Shown here: positions 29,568-40,273 of the stretch, in pieces | Numbering within the stretch: position 1 is the stretch's first letter | How the letters are laid out: each line of letters begins with the position of its first letter | The notes under the pieces: model-generated | Database searches by the model: none | What the model saw: the letters and a program-made list of their open reading frames with translations, nothing else | Told to the model about the DNA's origin: nothing | Program-made: the position numbers and the translations under genes | Virus record (IMG/VR): IMGVR_UViG_3300007734_000758 | Source: a virus | Reading direction: 5' to 3' (one strand) | Length of the DNA: 64,000 nucleotides

Positions 29568-30743
29568 TTAGAAATCTAATTTAACCTTAATATTAGCTTC
29601 ACGTGTAAACGACTTCATCAACGGTTTACTTAATTTCGCTACTGCTAATAATTCCTGACGGTCATTATATAGACCTACACTAGTAATATATACTTTAGGA
29701 TCAGTGACAAATGTTGCTTGTGCTAATTCACCTTCAGATCCAGTTACATAACTAGGATTATTTGAGTAGTTATACTCTAAGTTCTTTACCCTAACAAAAT
29801 AGTATGTAGACTTAACCTGCTCAGCAGAACGTGCCTTAAATCCTAATGAGAAATTCGAAGCTGCTCCAGATATTGAAGTGAAAATCCTAAATGCATTATC
29901 ACCCGCAGTATTTGAACTTACATTCGTACTAAATGAAGCACTCAAGTTTAATGTATCTGCATTTAATACTGCAATACCGTGCTGCGGATAAAATAAACCA
30001 TAGTAGTGCGGTGCAGATGAATTATACACACCGTCTGCTATCGTTCCCGAAACTAGATTATAAACTTTACCTGCAGAATTTACAGTAGCCGTATTCAATG
30101 TACTATCATCAATCAACTTGATTGGCGTGCTGGAAGCACTCACAACCGGATTGGTAGAGCCGGTTAATGCTGCCAATGAAAGTTCAAAGTTACCCTCATC
30201 AATACGTTCACGCATCCTAGCACGATTAATATTAATTACATATATATGATTCGAATCGGTACCATTAAATGTAAACTTAGAATCATTAGGTTCAAGTAAT
30301 AACTGACGATACTGTGAATAGATTGCTTTGGTCGGATAGTCACTGTAACTAGTACCAGACTCTGCAGAACCTGAACCATTAATATGGCCATAGGCAACAG
30401 AGAATTGGGGGGCTGCGGTTTCTGTGGTACTTGCACTTTGAAATACTTCGTAATAATATGTTTTTTGTGTTGCCGTTTCGGTAGAAGAGGTAAAGAATGT
30501 AGTCAATGTACCAACATTGTTTGACCATAACCCTTTAGTAACCTCTTCCTGCTGATTGGCGATTACATCACCATCAACGAAAGGAGTATATAAGCCAGTA
30601 AATGAAGCTGCATTTCTAATTGCAGCACCCACTCCGGCACGGCCTACATTATTTGCGAATATACCATTCGCTAACGGCCTATTTGTAGTCAATCCGCCGG
30701 TTCCTGCTACGGTGGTTGTAGTTGCTATTCCTGGTAACGCCAT
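29568..30743 (-). CDS. Baseplate/tail structural protein
   Basis: C-terminal YITSVGLYNDRQELLAVAKLSKP is paralogous to the neighbouring gene. Confidence 0.65.
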   Translation of the reverse strand: MALPGIATTTTVAGTGGLTTNRPLANGIFANNVGRAGVGAAIRNAASFTGLYTPFVDGDVIANQQEEVTKGLWSNNVGTLTTFFTSSTETATQKTYYYEVFQSASTTETAAPQFSVAYGHINGSGSAESGTSYSDYPTKAIYSQYRQLLLEPNDSKFTFNGTDSNHIYVININRARMRERIDEGNFELSLAALTGSTNPVVSASSTPIKLIDDSTLNTATVNSAGKVYNLVSGTIADGVYNSSAPHYYGLFYPQHGIAVLNADTLNLSASFSTNVSSNTAGDNAFRIFTSISGAASNFSLGFKARSAEQVKSTYYFVRVKNLEYNYSNNPSYVTGSEGELAQATFVTDPKVYITSVGLYNDRQELLAVAKLSKPLMKSFTREANIKVKLDF

Positions 30744-30754
30744 ATTTTTTTATC

Positions 30755-31423
30755 TTATAAAGTTAATCCTACTCCTGAAGTAGTAGCTAAAGTTTGTTTC
30801 TGTACTGTTAAATTAATTGTTACAAATCCACCGGTTTCATTTCCTACGATTGTAATTGTAGCCGTTTTAGTGGATATTGGTTGTGATTTAGCAGTAATTC
30901 TAAATTCTAAACCAGTAACAGCAACACTCTGTGCGGCTTCATTATCTCCAATAAATGCAGGTATTGATGCTGCGGCTGCTTGCGGGGCTACGGTAACAAC
31001 TTCAATAGTCGCTACACTTGAATCTGAAAGAATTGCAGTGTATCCGAAGTTAGAATTACCATTAGTTAAATTAGCCGTATACGGAGTAATCGTAGAATTA
31101 CCACCCGTTGTCAATGTAATTGAAGTTTGGCCAACCTTTACTACCGGTATACGAACCGTGTTCTTAGGTAATGAAACCAACTTATATTTAAGCATTTGTG
31201 TTTCATCCGGCAACGCCTCAATTAACGGTAGATTTTCGATTGCAATACCATAATACGCAGAACCTAACGGATGGTTAGGATTCCATAATGAATAATCAAT
31301 CTCATCATCTGCAAGTGCAAACTGCGTAATATTGAATTCATTCTGCCCGCGGGCTAATAATTCACGGCCCTTTTTGGTTAATATTGCATCAACCGTTATA
31401 CTAGAATTGTTTAAATATCCCAT
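30755..31423 (-). CDS. Baseplate/tail-collar-like protein
   Basis: ILTKKGRELLA...ITQFALADDE; late motif upstream. Confidence 0.6.
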   Translation of the reverse strand: MGYLNNSSITVDAILTKKGRELLARGQNEFNITQFALADDEIDYSLWNPNHPLGSAYYGIAIENLPLIEALPDETQMLKYKLVSLPKNTVRIPVVKVGQTSITLTTGGNSTITPYTANLTNGNSNFGYTAILSDSSVATIEVVTVAPQAAAASIPAFIGDNEAAQSVAVTGLEFRITAKSQPISTKTATITIVGNETGGFVTINLTVQKQTLATTSGVGLTL

Positions 31424-31463
31424 GATACCTTATATTTTATTATAAATATATCGTTAGAGAAAA

Positions 31464-34400
31464 TTAAAGTACACTCAACGTGGAGTTACCTGAATCCTCG
31501 GCTGAACGCAACGCTAACGATGAAACTTCAAAATATTCCACTACAGGTCCATTATCGGGAGTTGCTGTCGTAGGTACATTGAAATCCGGACCGGTCAATC
31601 TACAACCATCATAATATAGATTAGTAATATCTGTAGGGTTATCATCTCTATATGAAGTTTCAACTAGAGACCTGGAATAATAGAGTCCGCGTGATTGACT
31701 CACTGCAATATCATATCCAATCAAGTATGGAGTCGTTGCCCAAGAAGCAAAACTACGGTAATGATATTCAACTGCTTTATACACTGTTGATGTGCGGTAA
31801 CCATCTATATATGATCCGGTAGGGGAGGCTTCTAATGGATGAGTCGACGCTGTTATATAACCTGAACCTGAGAATATAACTCCAGTATAGGAATATTTAG
31901 CGCCTTCAAACCTATCATCCTTAACATTAAGACTTGCAGAGTAATCTGTTAATTCCGCTTCAAGTGATAACTCTGTATCAAGTTTATAATTCGCTTCGTA
32001 ATTGTCCTGGGTGAATGATGGTTCTTTATATGACACTGCCTTTGAACGTTCTAGAACGCTCGGTTCGATCAATAACCCGGATACTAGATTAGCCCTAGCA
32101 GGTACTAACTGTTTTAACGATTCGAAGAACGCGAAATCAAATAGGGTAAAGATTCGTATATATGTATTTATGTCATTCTTCTGAGTATACTTTTTCCAAT
32201 ATTCATTCGTGAATTTATGTAATGTTTCATACGAATCTTTATACTGTTCTGCAGGTAATCCGAAATAATCGTCTAAACTAACATATCCTACATGATTATA
32301 AATGTCTTTGTTTATATAATCTGTGGGAGAAAATGCAATTACCAATTTATTGGAATCTGCCGGTGCATTGTCGAATCTACTTACCTCAGCTCGAGTGGTA
32401 GGATCTAATCTACCATATAGGTCACTCGATTCCAAACGTATTTTTACTGAACGTGGACTTGATCCAAATGTATCCGGAGTATATGTATAGAAGGTTTCAA
32501 TATTATCATCGTAATTGTAACCGCTTGTTGGATTTGGGAATGATTCTGCCAATCCATACGTTCCAGTACCTAGTGATGAAAAATCAGTGCCATATCTAGG
32601 ATGTGATGATGTTATTGAAGTGTTCGTAGAATGGTTGTATCGAAGCCCATCGACACCAAACGGATAATATCTAACTAATTGAGTATATGAACCGGTAGGG
32701 TTATTTGCTCGATATGCTGCCGGGTTTAGAGTATGATAATCAAATATTTCTTGAGTTATCTCCTCCATGTATTCTTTATATGCTTGAATATTTCCTTCGA
32801 ATTTACCGGATCCGGAAACACCTGCCGTTATATTTTTATATCCCCCGATTAATATACATGCATCAGTACCGGGCCAAGTTGACTTAGGTATACACCAGAA
32901 ATTTACGTCCGTGTCTGAATTAAATGTATAATTTAATGTGGCACTGCCCGAATGAATTATTTTTCCTGTTATATAATCGCTGGCTTTCTGTACACGTACT
33001 GTAATATTAGCTGAATATGGATATGTGCTAGAAGTAATAACTGTATCGGTAGATAACATTACATTCCACCAATCATTATCATATATCGGTAAATAGGGAG
33101 TATATGCGTTTATCTGTTTATTTAACGATCCAGTACACATACTAAAACGTATTCTTGCATACTGTCCTGAACCACTAAAACTTCCTGTAGATTCTAAAAT
33201 TAAACCCCAAAATCCCGAAGTACCTGTCGGTACGGCTGAGTGCAATAACATGCTCAACGAACCGGATACGGTAGGCGTAGGTTTAAAACGGAACATTATT
33301 GTTTTTGGCGGCGTATCTATTATATCCGCCGATAGATTTATATTCAATGTTACTCTGTCATAACGAACATTAGATTCGGTATCAAATGCAAGTGCATAGT
33401 TAAACCTATCATCAACCAATGCTGCGTCTCGGGAACTTACCGGAGGACCACCATACTCTCTAATAGGTACTAATGTTTGAGGAATACCATAAGCATTCAT
33501 TAAAGCATTTACAGACCTACCGGTACCTTTTGTTTTTAGTACATATGGCAAATTGTTTATAATCCTACGCCATATTTCACTCGTATCGTCTTCATATGCT
33601 TTTGTGAATATTGAGCCGGTTGATTGGTATGAACCAGAAACAGATGTTCCTAATTTATAACTCCATAAGTCTTTTGATTCTTTACCATTAATCAACTCCC
33701 ATCCCATCGAGTTTGCTATTCTAGGAAGTAATTCTTTTGGTATTCCTAATTTAGGATGTTGCTCGGTTGAATAACGTTTATTCATCGCATCTACATATGA
33801 CCAAACGATATCATAATAGTGACCAATCATATTCACGAATAGAACATACTGATCATTTAACGCATCTTCACGTATATGTAGTGGTATTGTATTTACTAAT
33901 GAGTTCGGATTCTGCTCGTCATACAGTGAACCGGTAGCAGACAATCCATTATACCAACTTAAACCTAAACTACTTGTGGTATGATGTAATACATATGAAC
34001 CGCTACTTAAATATTTCGGATATGGAGTAATGGTATAACCGTCTGCGCCAATAAAAGATCCGATAGCACCATGTGTAAACAGGCTCGATGTGGCTGAATT
34101 GTACAGCCATTTCTCGAAATCATCAAATGAACCTAGAACTGAATATTTACGTTCACGGTTGATTTCAATATTCCCTGCTTTACCTATAGCATCGCTACCC
34201 GAAGCGCCGGACAACAATGCTATCTGTGAATCATAGTATTCTACTAATTGTAATTTATAATAAAAGGTGTCAATACGTTCTTTAGCGGAACCGTAAAATA
34301 CAAAATTATCAAACCCAGTATAGTCTAAGTTTAGGTCGATTCCCTGTATTGATCCGGAAAATATTGAATTGATTACTTTATTCTTAACATCTGTCGTTGC

Positions 34401-35348
34401 TGCTAATAAATCATTCCACGTCTTAAAACCAGTTTCACGGCTTCTATTATTTTGTACGTCAATATCAAAATTAGGACCACGTATTTGGTTGTAAGAAGGA
34501 ACAAATGGTACCTGCAGGAATTTTGCATAACTAACGAACGAATCCGTTAATTCATCGACGATCCATAATGGTGAAAGAACATCTACGTTAAAATCTAACG
34601 GCCTACTTAGCTTAAAATACATTAATGTATCTTCTGAAACGGTCACGGAAGAAAGATTAATTGTATCTATGTAGGTATTGATTATTTTGTAAATATTATT
34701 GTTTCCGAAGTTCAGTGCATAGGAATCAAAATATTCGCTGTTATTCTGTGTTCTAGGATCATACTTAACAGTATCTAACCTAGTGACTTCATTAAGATTT
34801 TTAGAATCATTAAATGTTAATGAAACGTTCACTAACGGATTCAATTTCTTTTGAGTATCGCTACCCTCGTTAAGGTAGAAACTCTTAATATCATTAATTA
34901 GTGCAGCAATGGTTTCTGGATCTAAATTAGGATTAATCCTAACAGACACCTCAGTACGATCCGGAGAAACTTCATTAATGATTAACCCGTTTAAACTGTA
35001 GTTTCCAATCTTATTTTGATGTACATTAAGTATAAAACCTGAGGTACCTGCTGACCTACCAAATAAACCAAATGCTTGGTTCAAGTTAATCGATAAATCA
35101 TTGCCATATATAGCAGTTTCAACTGCACTCTGTATATCGTATGCCGAATCAATAACATCGCCGTTATTATTGGATGCTAATAGGTGCATTTCTAAAGAAA
35201 CACCTGAAAGCATGTCGCTAGGATCCTGTATTGAATACTCAATCCTATTAGGCACTGCATTTAGAAAAGCGTTTGAATATTCTGTACCATACTGCTCCGT
35301 GGCCGGAATCAATAGATTATTTATATTTGCAAAACGCTGTAATGACAT
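31464..35348 (-). CDS. Large baseplate wedge protein (gp7-like)
   Basis: NLPYVLKTKGTGRSVNALMNAYG wedge motif; position in the baseplate cluster. Confidence 0.6.
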   Translation of the reverse strand: MSLQRFANINNLLIPATEQYGTEYSNAFLNAVPNRIEYSIQDPSDMLSGVSLEMHLLASNNNGDVIDSAYDIQSAVETAIYGNDLSINLNQAFGLFGRSAGTSGFILNVHQNKIGNYSLNGLIINEVSPDRTEVSVRINPNLDPETIAALINDIKSFYLNEGSDTQKKLNPLVNVSLTFNDSKNLNEVTRLDTVKYDPRTQNNSEYFDSYALNFGNNNIYKIINTYIDTINLSSVTVSEDTLMYFKLSRPLDFNVDVLSPLWIVDELTDSFVSYAKFLQVPFVPSYNQIRGPNFDIDVQNNRSRETGFKTWNDLLAATTDVKNKVINSIFSGSIQGIDLNLDYTGFDNFVFYGSAKERIDTFYYKLQLVEYYDSQIALLSGASGSDAIGKAGNIEINRERKYSVLGSFDDFEKWLYNSATSSLFTHGAIGSFIGADGYTITPYPKYLSSGSYVLHHTTSSLGLSWYNGLSATGSLYDEQNPNSLVNTIPLHIREDALNDQYVLFVNMIGHYYDIVWSYVDAMNKRYSTEQHPKLGIPKELLPRIANSMGWELINGKESKDLWSYKLGTSVSGSYQSTGSIFTKAYEDDTSEIWRRIINNLPYVLKTKGTGRSVNALMNAYGIPQTLVPIREYGGPPVSSRDAALVDDRFNYALAFDTESNVRYDRVTLNINLSADIIDTPPKTIMFRFKPTPTVSGSLSMLLHSAVPTGTSGFWGLILESTGSFSGSGQYARIRFSMCTGSLNKQINAYTPYLPIYDNDWWNVMLSTDTVITSSTYPYSANITVRVQKASDYITGKIIHSGSATLNYTFNSDTDVNFWCIPKSTWPGTDACILIGGYKNITAGVSGSGKFEGNIQAYKEYMEEITQEIFDYHTLNPAAYRANNPTGSYTQLVRYYPFGVDGLRYNHSTNTSITSSHPRYGTDFSSLGTGTYGLAESFPNPTSGYNYDDNIETFYTYTPDTFGSSPRSVKIRLESSDLYGRLDPTTRAEVSRFDNAPADSNKLVIAFSPTDYINKDIYNHVGYVSLDDYFGLPAEQYKDSYETLHKFTNEYWKKYTQKNDINTYIRIFTLFDFAFFESLKQLVPARANLVSGLLIEPSVLERSKAVSYKEPSFTQDNYEANYKLDTELSLEAELTDYSASLNVKDDRFEGAKYSYTGVIFSGSGYITASTHPLEASPTGSYIDGYRTSTVYKAVEYHYRSFASWATTPYLIGYDIAVSQSRGLYYSRSLVETSYRDDNPTDITNLYYDGCRLTGPDFNVPTTATPDNGPVVEYFEVSSLALRSAEDSGNSTLSVL

Positions 35349-35356
35349 GTTATTCT

Positions 35357-36274
35357 TTATTTTTTATAATAAAAGACAGTATTAAATTCATCAATTTTGG
35401 ATTCAGCAATGATAATATCGGCAGTAGTACCTGCAGCGGAAATAAAGGCCGTTATTTCCGGTAATGTATCTCCTGTTATAAAATCCCGTATAGAGTCAGA
35501 GAATGTTATACCATTATCAACCAAATACGTATCATTCACAATATAAGTGGGCGATGCCGGTATATCATTCGTGGAGTCTGAATCGACAGCGAAAATAATA
35601 AATTGATTATTGCTTACTCTGAATTTATAAAGCGAACTAAACGCTATACCCGTTGCTTTTCTTATAAAGTCCCGCTCTTCTAAATAGTCGCCTTCTTTTC
35701 CACCGCCTCCATAGTTCGCTTTTTTAACATTGGTGTTCGTTAAAAAATCATCAACTTCAATTAAATTATCAAACACTTTAACGTACATATTAATACCGGG
35801 TTCCGTGGGTATAACATATAAATCAATAGGGCGATTTATGTCAGTAATCTGTATCGCATAATATGAATATTTCCTAAAATTGTCATCTTTAGTATTACTA
35901 TTAGTAGCGTTTGCGTATCCAATATCCGAAACCAACGTAACGGTAGGAATGATATTGACAACCTCTTCTACCGGAAGTTGTTCTATCTCTCTAGTAACAA
36001 CAAAATAATTAAAAGCAGAATCGCGGATTTTATTTATCGAATTCAAATTATAGATTGCAGTACGCTGACCAGGAAATAAAACGTAACTATCCGGCTTCGC
36101 CAAATCAATCTCATAATATCCTTGAACGTTACTTTCAACAAAATTAGGCAACACATCCAAACTAGCATTTGCTTCTAAAGTAGATGCTTCGTTCAATTCC
36201 CGACCCACGTAAGAAATATAATCTTTAGGATCGAAAGGGGTATATGTTTTTGTATGTTTAATATCTAATGCCAT
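35357..36274 (-). CDS. Hypothetical baseplate-cluster protein
   Basis: 305-aa ORF within the cluster. Confidence 0.5.
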   Translation of the reverse strand: MALDIKHTKTYTPFDPKDYISYVGRELNEASTLEANASLDVLPNFVESNVQGYYEIDLAKPDSYVLFPGQRTAIYNLNSINKIRDSAFNYFVVTREIEQLPVEEVVNIIPTVTLVSDIGYANATNSNTKDDNFRKYSYYAIQITDINRPIDLYVIPTEPGINMYVKVFDNLIEVDDFLTNTNVKKANYGGGGKEGDYLEERDFIRKATGIAFSSLYKFRVSNNQFIIFAVDSDSTNDIPASPTYIVNDTYLVDNGITFSDSIRDFITGDTLPEITAFISAAGTTADIIIAESKIDEFNTVFYYKK

Positions 36275-36293
36275 ATATCAATAAATAACAGTA

Positions 36294-37406
36294 TTATCTA
36301 GTTACTTTAAAGTAAAATCCATTATCATGAATAACTGTTTGGTCGGTATGAACTGCTTTGATCAATATTTTATAGAATCGTTCCGGAAGGAATTCATTCA
36401 ACCATAAATCAAAATAATTGCCGTTCGTATCACAACTTAATTTAGTATAGTTATCATCAAAATCTATTAGATACTCTTCCGTCGCTGCATCCTTGACTGC
36501 ATACGATGCAGATAACGGTAATCTATACTGTGTCAAATAATTTGATGATGTGGCATAAGTCAATACAGGAAATTCTGGACGGACACCAACCCTAAACCTA
36601 ATTTTACTAGCTTCTTTATATGAATCACGAATATTCTTTAGATAGACTACATAACGATCATCAGCAATCTGCGAGAATGAACCCGTTCCACTTAAATCAC
36701 TATCACTCCATACTGCTTCTAATCTAGGAACGTATATTGTATGAGTATCTCTTCCGAAAAACTTCAACTGTCCAAAAATGTCTGAAGAACTCTCATCTGC
36801 CGTTGAACGCTTAACAATAAAGCCATTATTTGTTACTGTACCACTTAACCATTTGTTGACAATATCAGTAACATCCATCCGAACATCAGGTGATTCATAT
36901 GAAAATGATTGTGATGCTTCATAACCGGACCCAAAATACCAAGTTGTGCCGCCGGGATTAGTATACCAACTTGCGGTTGTATTTGCGTTATATGAACCCG
37001 TTGCCCAACGGTCTGCTAAGTCATAACTAGTCTTGTAATTCCAACTTACGCCGTTTCTAATCTCCGGCGAATCATTAAAATTACCATTACCATTCTGCCA
37101 TGACTGACTTACTGGATAGGCGTATAATGTATAATCAATAGGCAAATCAGTAGAATCGATTGCCGATAATTTCAAATAAAATCTAGGATTAGTAATTGTA
37201 CCCGCTACAATTGAAGAGGATATATCAGCTAACGGAAATTTTATCAATACCCTAGAGTTGTAATTAGAAGTGAAAATATCTCCGTTCGGAGCTTTACTGT
37301 TTGCAGTATACTTCGTTATTTCAAGTATGGGATCGATACCGGTATTTCGGTTAGGAAAATACTCGTATATAGTTGCATCTATATTTGGGTATACAGAATA
37401 GATCAT
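36294..37406 (-). CDS. Virion protein with DNRLRE-like domain
   Basis: DATIYE, SRVLIKF, YPVSQSW, DVTDIVNKW, NNGFIVK, PRLE. Confidence 0.6.
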   Translation of the reverse strand: MIYSVYPNIDATIYEYFPNRNTGIDPILEITKYTANSKAPNGDIFTSNYNSRVLIKFPLADISSSIVAGTITNPRFYLKLSAIDSTDLPIDYTLYAYPVSQSWQNGNGNFNDSPEIRNGVSWNYKTSYDLADRWATGSYNANTTASWYTNPGGTTWYFGSGYEASQSFSYESPDVRMDVTDIVNKWLSGTVTNNGFIVKRSTADESSSDIFGQLKFFGRDTHTIYVPRLEAVWSDSDLSGTGSFSQIADDRYVVYLKNIRDSYKEASKIRFRVGVRPEFPVLTYATSSNYLTQYRLPLSASYAVKDAATEEYLIDFDDNYTKLSCDTNGNYFDLWLNEFLPERFYKILIKAVHTDQTVIHDNGFYFKVTR

Positions 37407-37419
37407 TTACTATAATTAT

Positions 37420-39288
37420 TTAGTAAGTTACTATTCTTCCCTTAATATCACTGTTAGGATACTTTACCTCGAAAATGCTAGGATCGAGAGACGGATAAAT
37501 GATTCCATTCTTCGTTGCACCATCTATATCATATAGGTTTCCGGAATATCCAAGAATAGTATCATACAGGTTGGTTATTTTAAACGATGATACGGTTTGA
37601 ACTCCCTCAATCCTATCTAATTCAGATACAAATTGATTCACTATGATAGGCATATTGATACCCATCTTATCATTATCAAAGCTACGTTTTAATGATTCAA
37701 TACAACGTAATACTACCTCATTACCATTGAAGCCGGGCCTTGCAATTATCTCAAATTCAATACCGATATTAATGATATATGGTGTCTTAATATTGATTGC
37801 ATCAGTAAGCATCCTATACTGAGAAAGGTAATTTCTTAAATTTTCATTTACCGCATTGGATAGTGGAGTAAAATTCTTATTTGAATCGTATCCCAAAGCA
37901 TATAAATTCAACGCTAACGGATTCGGAATTCTATCGCCATCGGTAGACATTTGATCGTCCTGAATAATAAAGGCCTTAGCAATCGAACCGAATTTTGCTG
38001 GCATTGCATAACAACGTACAATATAATCTTCACGTGTTACTGCTCGGTTTTGTGCTGCAAAATTCGCAATAGCATCCTGGCGTATAGATTCTAAATCACG
38101 TAATGCTTGGCCGCCACGAGCAGGCTCGGGGTTATTCACTGCAACTGAATTTTTTACAAATGTAATTACTGCAGAGTCTAACGAAGCATTAAATGAATTA
38201 TATGTTATTGAATTTATTGTAGAGATAGTATTAATTCCTACGTTATCAGAAACCCCACCACCAATAGTATAACGTACAGTCAATGTAGTGCTACTTGGTG
38301 CCTGACCATATGTCTGCGTATATAGGAAGTTCGAAGGATCAATACTTAAATCTGCAGTTCTTTTGAAATACGGTAATCCAAACCCTACTGCGGTTGGGTT
38401 AGGTATTAAGTCTTCATCCGCCTCACTACTAACACCAGCACCGAATTGTATTTCGGTTCTATTATCTCCACGTAACCTGGTTACAAATCGTTTCGCTGTC
38501 TTTTTATATTTCAGGATAAATGGAGCGGAACTTCTATTTGCTGATAGGGTAGGATCATTAAACGGAATATTTTGTATCGATAATGGAACCGTATCCTGTG
38601 CTAAATAAGGCACTTCATACCAAGTATTTCCATCGGAATCTACGATATCTATAATTTCTAATACGTTATTTTCTGGTAACGTTATTTTGTCATATATCTT
38701 TGCATTACCGAAAGTAAATGTACTGGTTTTAATCTCACCGGATACAGCATTTACCTGCTTCTTTAAAAGGTAATAGGTAACTTGGCCGGTATTATCAATT
38801 TCATATACTGTAACCTCAGTAGGATCGAAACTACTACTGAAAGAAAAATCTACATAATCTAATGTTCTAAACTTTACAGTGCTAGTTGAACTCAATAATG
38901 CATTGGGCTGAACAGTCAGTGCATATCTCCAATCCGGCGATGTATTTGCTCCAGAACCGACTGCAGGTAATAGTTGGAATATATCCAATTTAACGTATGC
39001 AGGGGTATTTGTTTTTGCTTTATATGAAAGTGAATTGGCTAAATTGTATAGATTAGAACGTTCACGTGCCTCGGCTAAAAATCCTTCACGTAATTGTGTA
39101 TCTGCATAAAAGGATAATACATCTCCCACATACGCAGACATTTCAATGAACATCATACCGGGAGATGATTCATTAAAATCGTTATATGTATTCGGGAAGT
39201 AATTCTTCGCAAACGAGATTAGATTCGAACGAAACTGTCCGAAATCTTTATTTAGATATTTTACTTCCTTTTTAACTAACTCTGCCAT
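37420..39288 (-). CDS. Baseplate wedge subunit (gp6/J-like)
   Basis: YLNKDF, DFNESSPGMMFIEMSAYVGDVLSFY, QFGAG, QNRAVTREDY. Confidence 0.9.
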   Translation of the reverse strand: MAELVKKEVKYLNKDFGQFRSNLISFAKNYFPNTYNDFNESSPGMMFIEMSAYVGDVLSFYADTQLREGFLAEARERSNLYNLANSLSYKAKTNTPAYVKLDIFQLLPAVGSGANTSPDWRYALTVQPNALLSSTSTVKFRTLDYVDFSFSSSFDPTEVTVYEIDNTGQVTYYLLKKQVNAVSGEIKTSTFTFGNAKIYDKITLPENNVLEIIDIVDSDGNTWYEVPYLAQDTVPLSIQNIPFNDPTLSANRSSAPFILKYKKTAKRFVTRLRGDNRTEIQFGAGVSSEADEDLIPNPTAVGFGLPYFKRTADLSIDPSNFLYTQTYGQAPSSTTLTVRYTIGGGVSDNVGINTISTINSITYNSFNASLDSAVITFVKNSVAVNNPEPARGGQALRDLESIRQDAIANFAAQNRAVTREDYIVRCYAMPAKFGSIAKAFIIQDDQMSTDGDRIPNPLALNLYALGYDSNKNFTPLSNAVNENLRNYLSQYRMLTDAINIKTPYIINIGIEFEIIARPGFNGNEVVLRCIESLKRSFDNDKMGINMPIIVNQFVSELDRIEGVQTVSSFKITNLYDTILGYSGNLYDIDGATKNGIIYPSLDPSIFEVKYPNSDIKGRIVTY

Positions 39289-39289
39289 A

Positions 39290-39793
39290 TTATCCTATTA
39301 GATTCAAACTATTAACATCAAACTGTATTTCTATCTGCCTATTCGCACCATTCTGACCCACCCTAAAACGTATAAATATATTAACTCCGTTCGTCACATC
39401 ACTAATATTCCTATACGGCAATACATTCGCTGTTAATTCTAATATAGTTATGTACGGTAACCAGAAATTAATATCTGAACGTAAAGAATCTTCAACCCGT
39501 GTTGTGAATTCCTCATCATCATTAATATTCTCAAACAATATATTCTGTAAATCCGTACCAAAGGTAGGATGATATACTCGTTCTCCCTTACGGGTCAATA
39601 GAAGATTTTTAAAATTAGAAACTGCCTGTTCTTCTGTAGTATATGATAATGGGAATATCGATCCTCCATTAGTTACTGATGTATAGGAAGTATTATATCC
39701 CTTACCGGCAGCGGCTGCATTGAATGGTAAACGGATACCAATAGCCTTATCCGGTTCTAAATCTAATGGATTATATCTATATTCAATAGGCAA
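39290..39793 (-). CDS. Baseplate wedge gp25-like protein
   Basis: NLLLTRKGERVYHPTFGTDL, WLPYI. Confidence 0.88.
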   Translation of the reverse strand: MPIEYRYNPLDLEPDKAIGIRLPFNAAAAGKGYNTSYTSVTNGGSIFPLSYTTEEQAVSNFKNLLLTRKGERVYHPTFGTDLQNILFENINDDEEFTTRVEDSLRSDINFWLPYITILELTANVLPYRNISDVTNGVNIFIRFRVGQNGANRQIEIQFDVNSLNLIG

Positions 39794-40243
39794 TTACGAA
39801 CCTTTCTTCTTATTAATGGCTTTCATTAATGCACTATAATCTCGAGTCAATGCACCAACTACAGATTCCATTTCTGGTTTATTCATATCAACTCGTTTAC
39901 CATCCAGGTCAACGGCGGGTATGGTCACTGGCATATCCGGAACTCTTGCAGACATTCCAAATGCACCATCCATTGCTACTCTAGAACTATCAAATGTCAT
40001 CGTAGGCCATTCATCTACCTCTGCACTCTGTACTGTTTCATTAAGAATGTCATTTAACATAGCATTCTTTGTATACTGCTTCGTTGTGGTATTCGTTGGC
40101 GGTCGTTTTTTATGCAATTTAGGTTGTACCTTAGGTTCAGATACTTCCCTAGATTCTGCAATTGTACCCTTTGCCAATTCCTCACGAACAACTCTACGAA
40201 CAACACGTTCGATAATCATTTCTAGTTTTGAAATTGAACTCAT
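39794..40243 (-). CDS. Hypothetical virion protein
   Basis: VVRRVVREEL, LNDILNET, LTRDYSALMK; late motif upstream. Confidence 0.55.
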   Translation of the reverse strand: MSSISKLEMIIERVVRRVVREELAKGTIAESREVSEPKVQPKLHKKRPPTNTTTKQYTKNAMLNDILNETVQSAEVDEWPTMTFDSSRVAMDGAFGMSARVPDMPVTIPAVDLDGKRVDMNKPEMESVVGALTRDYSALMKAINKKKGS

Positions 40244-40273
40244 AGTTTTAGTTTTATTTATTATAAATATTAG

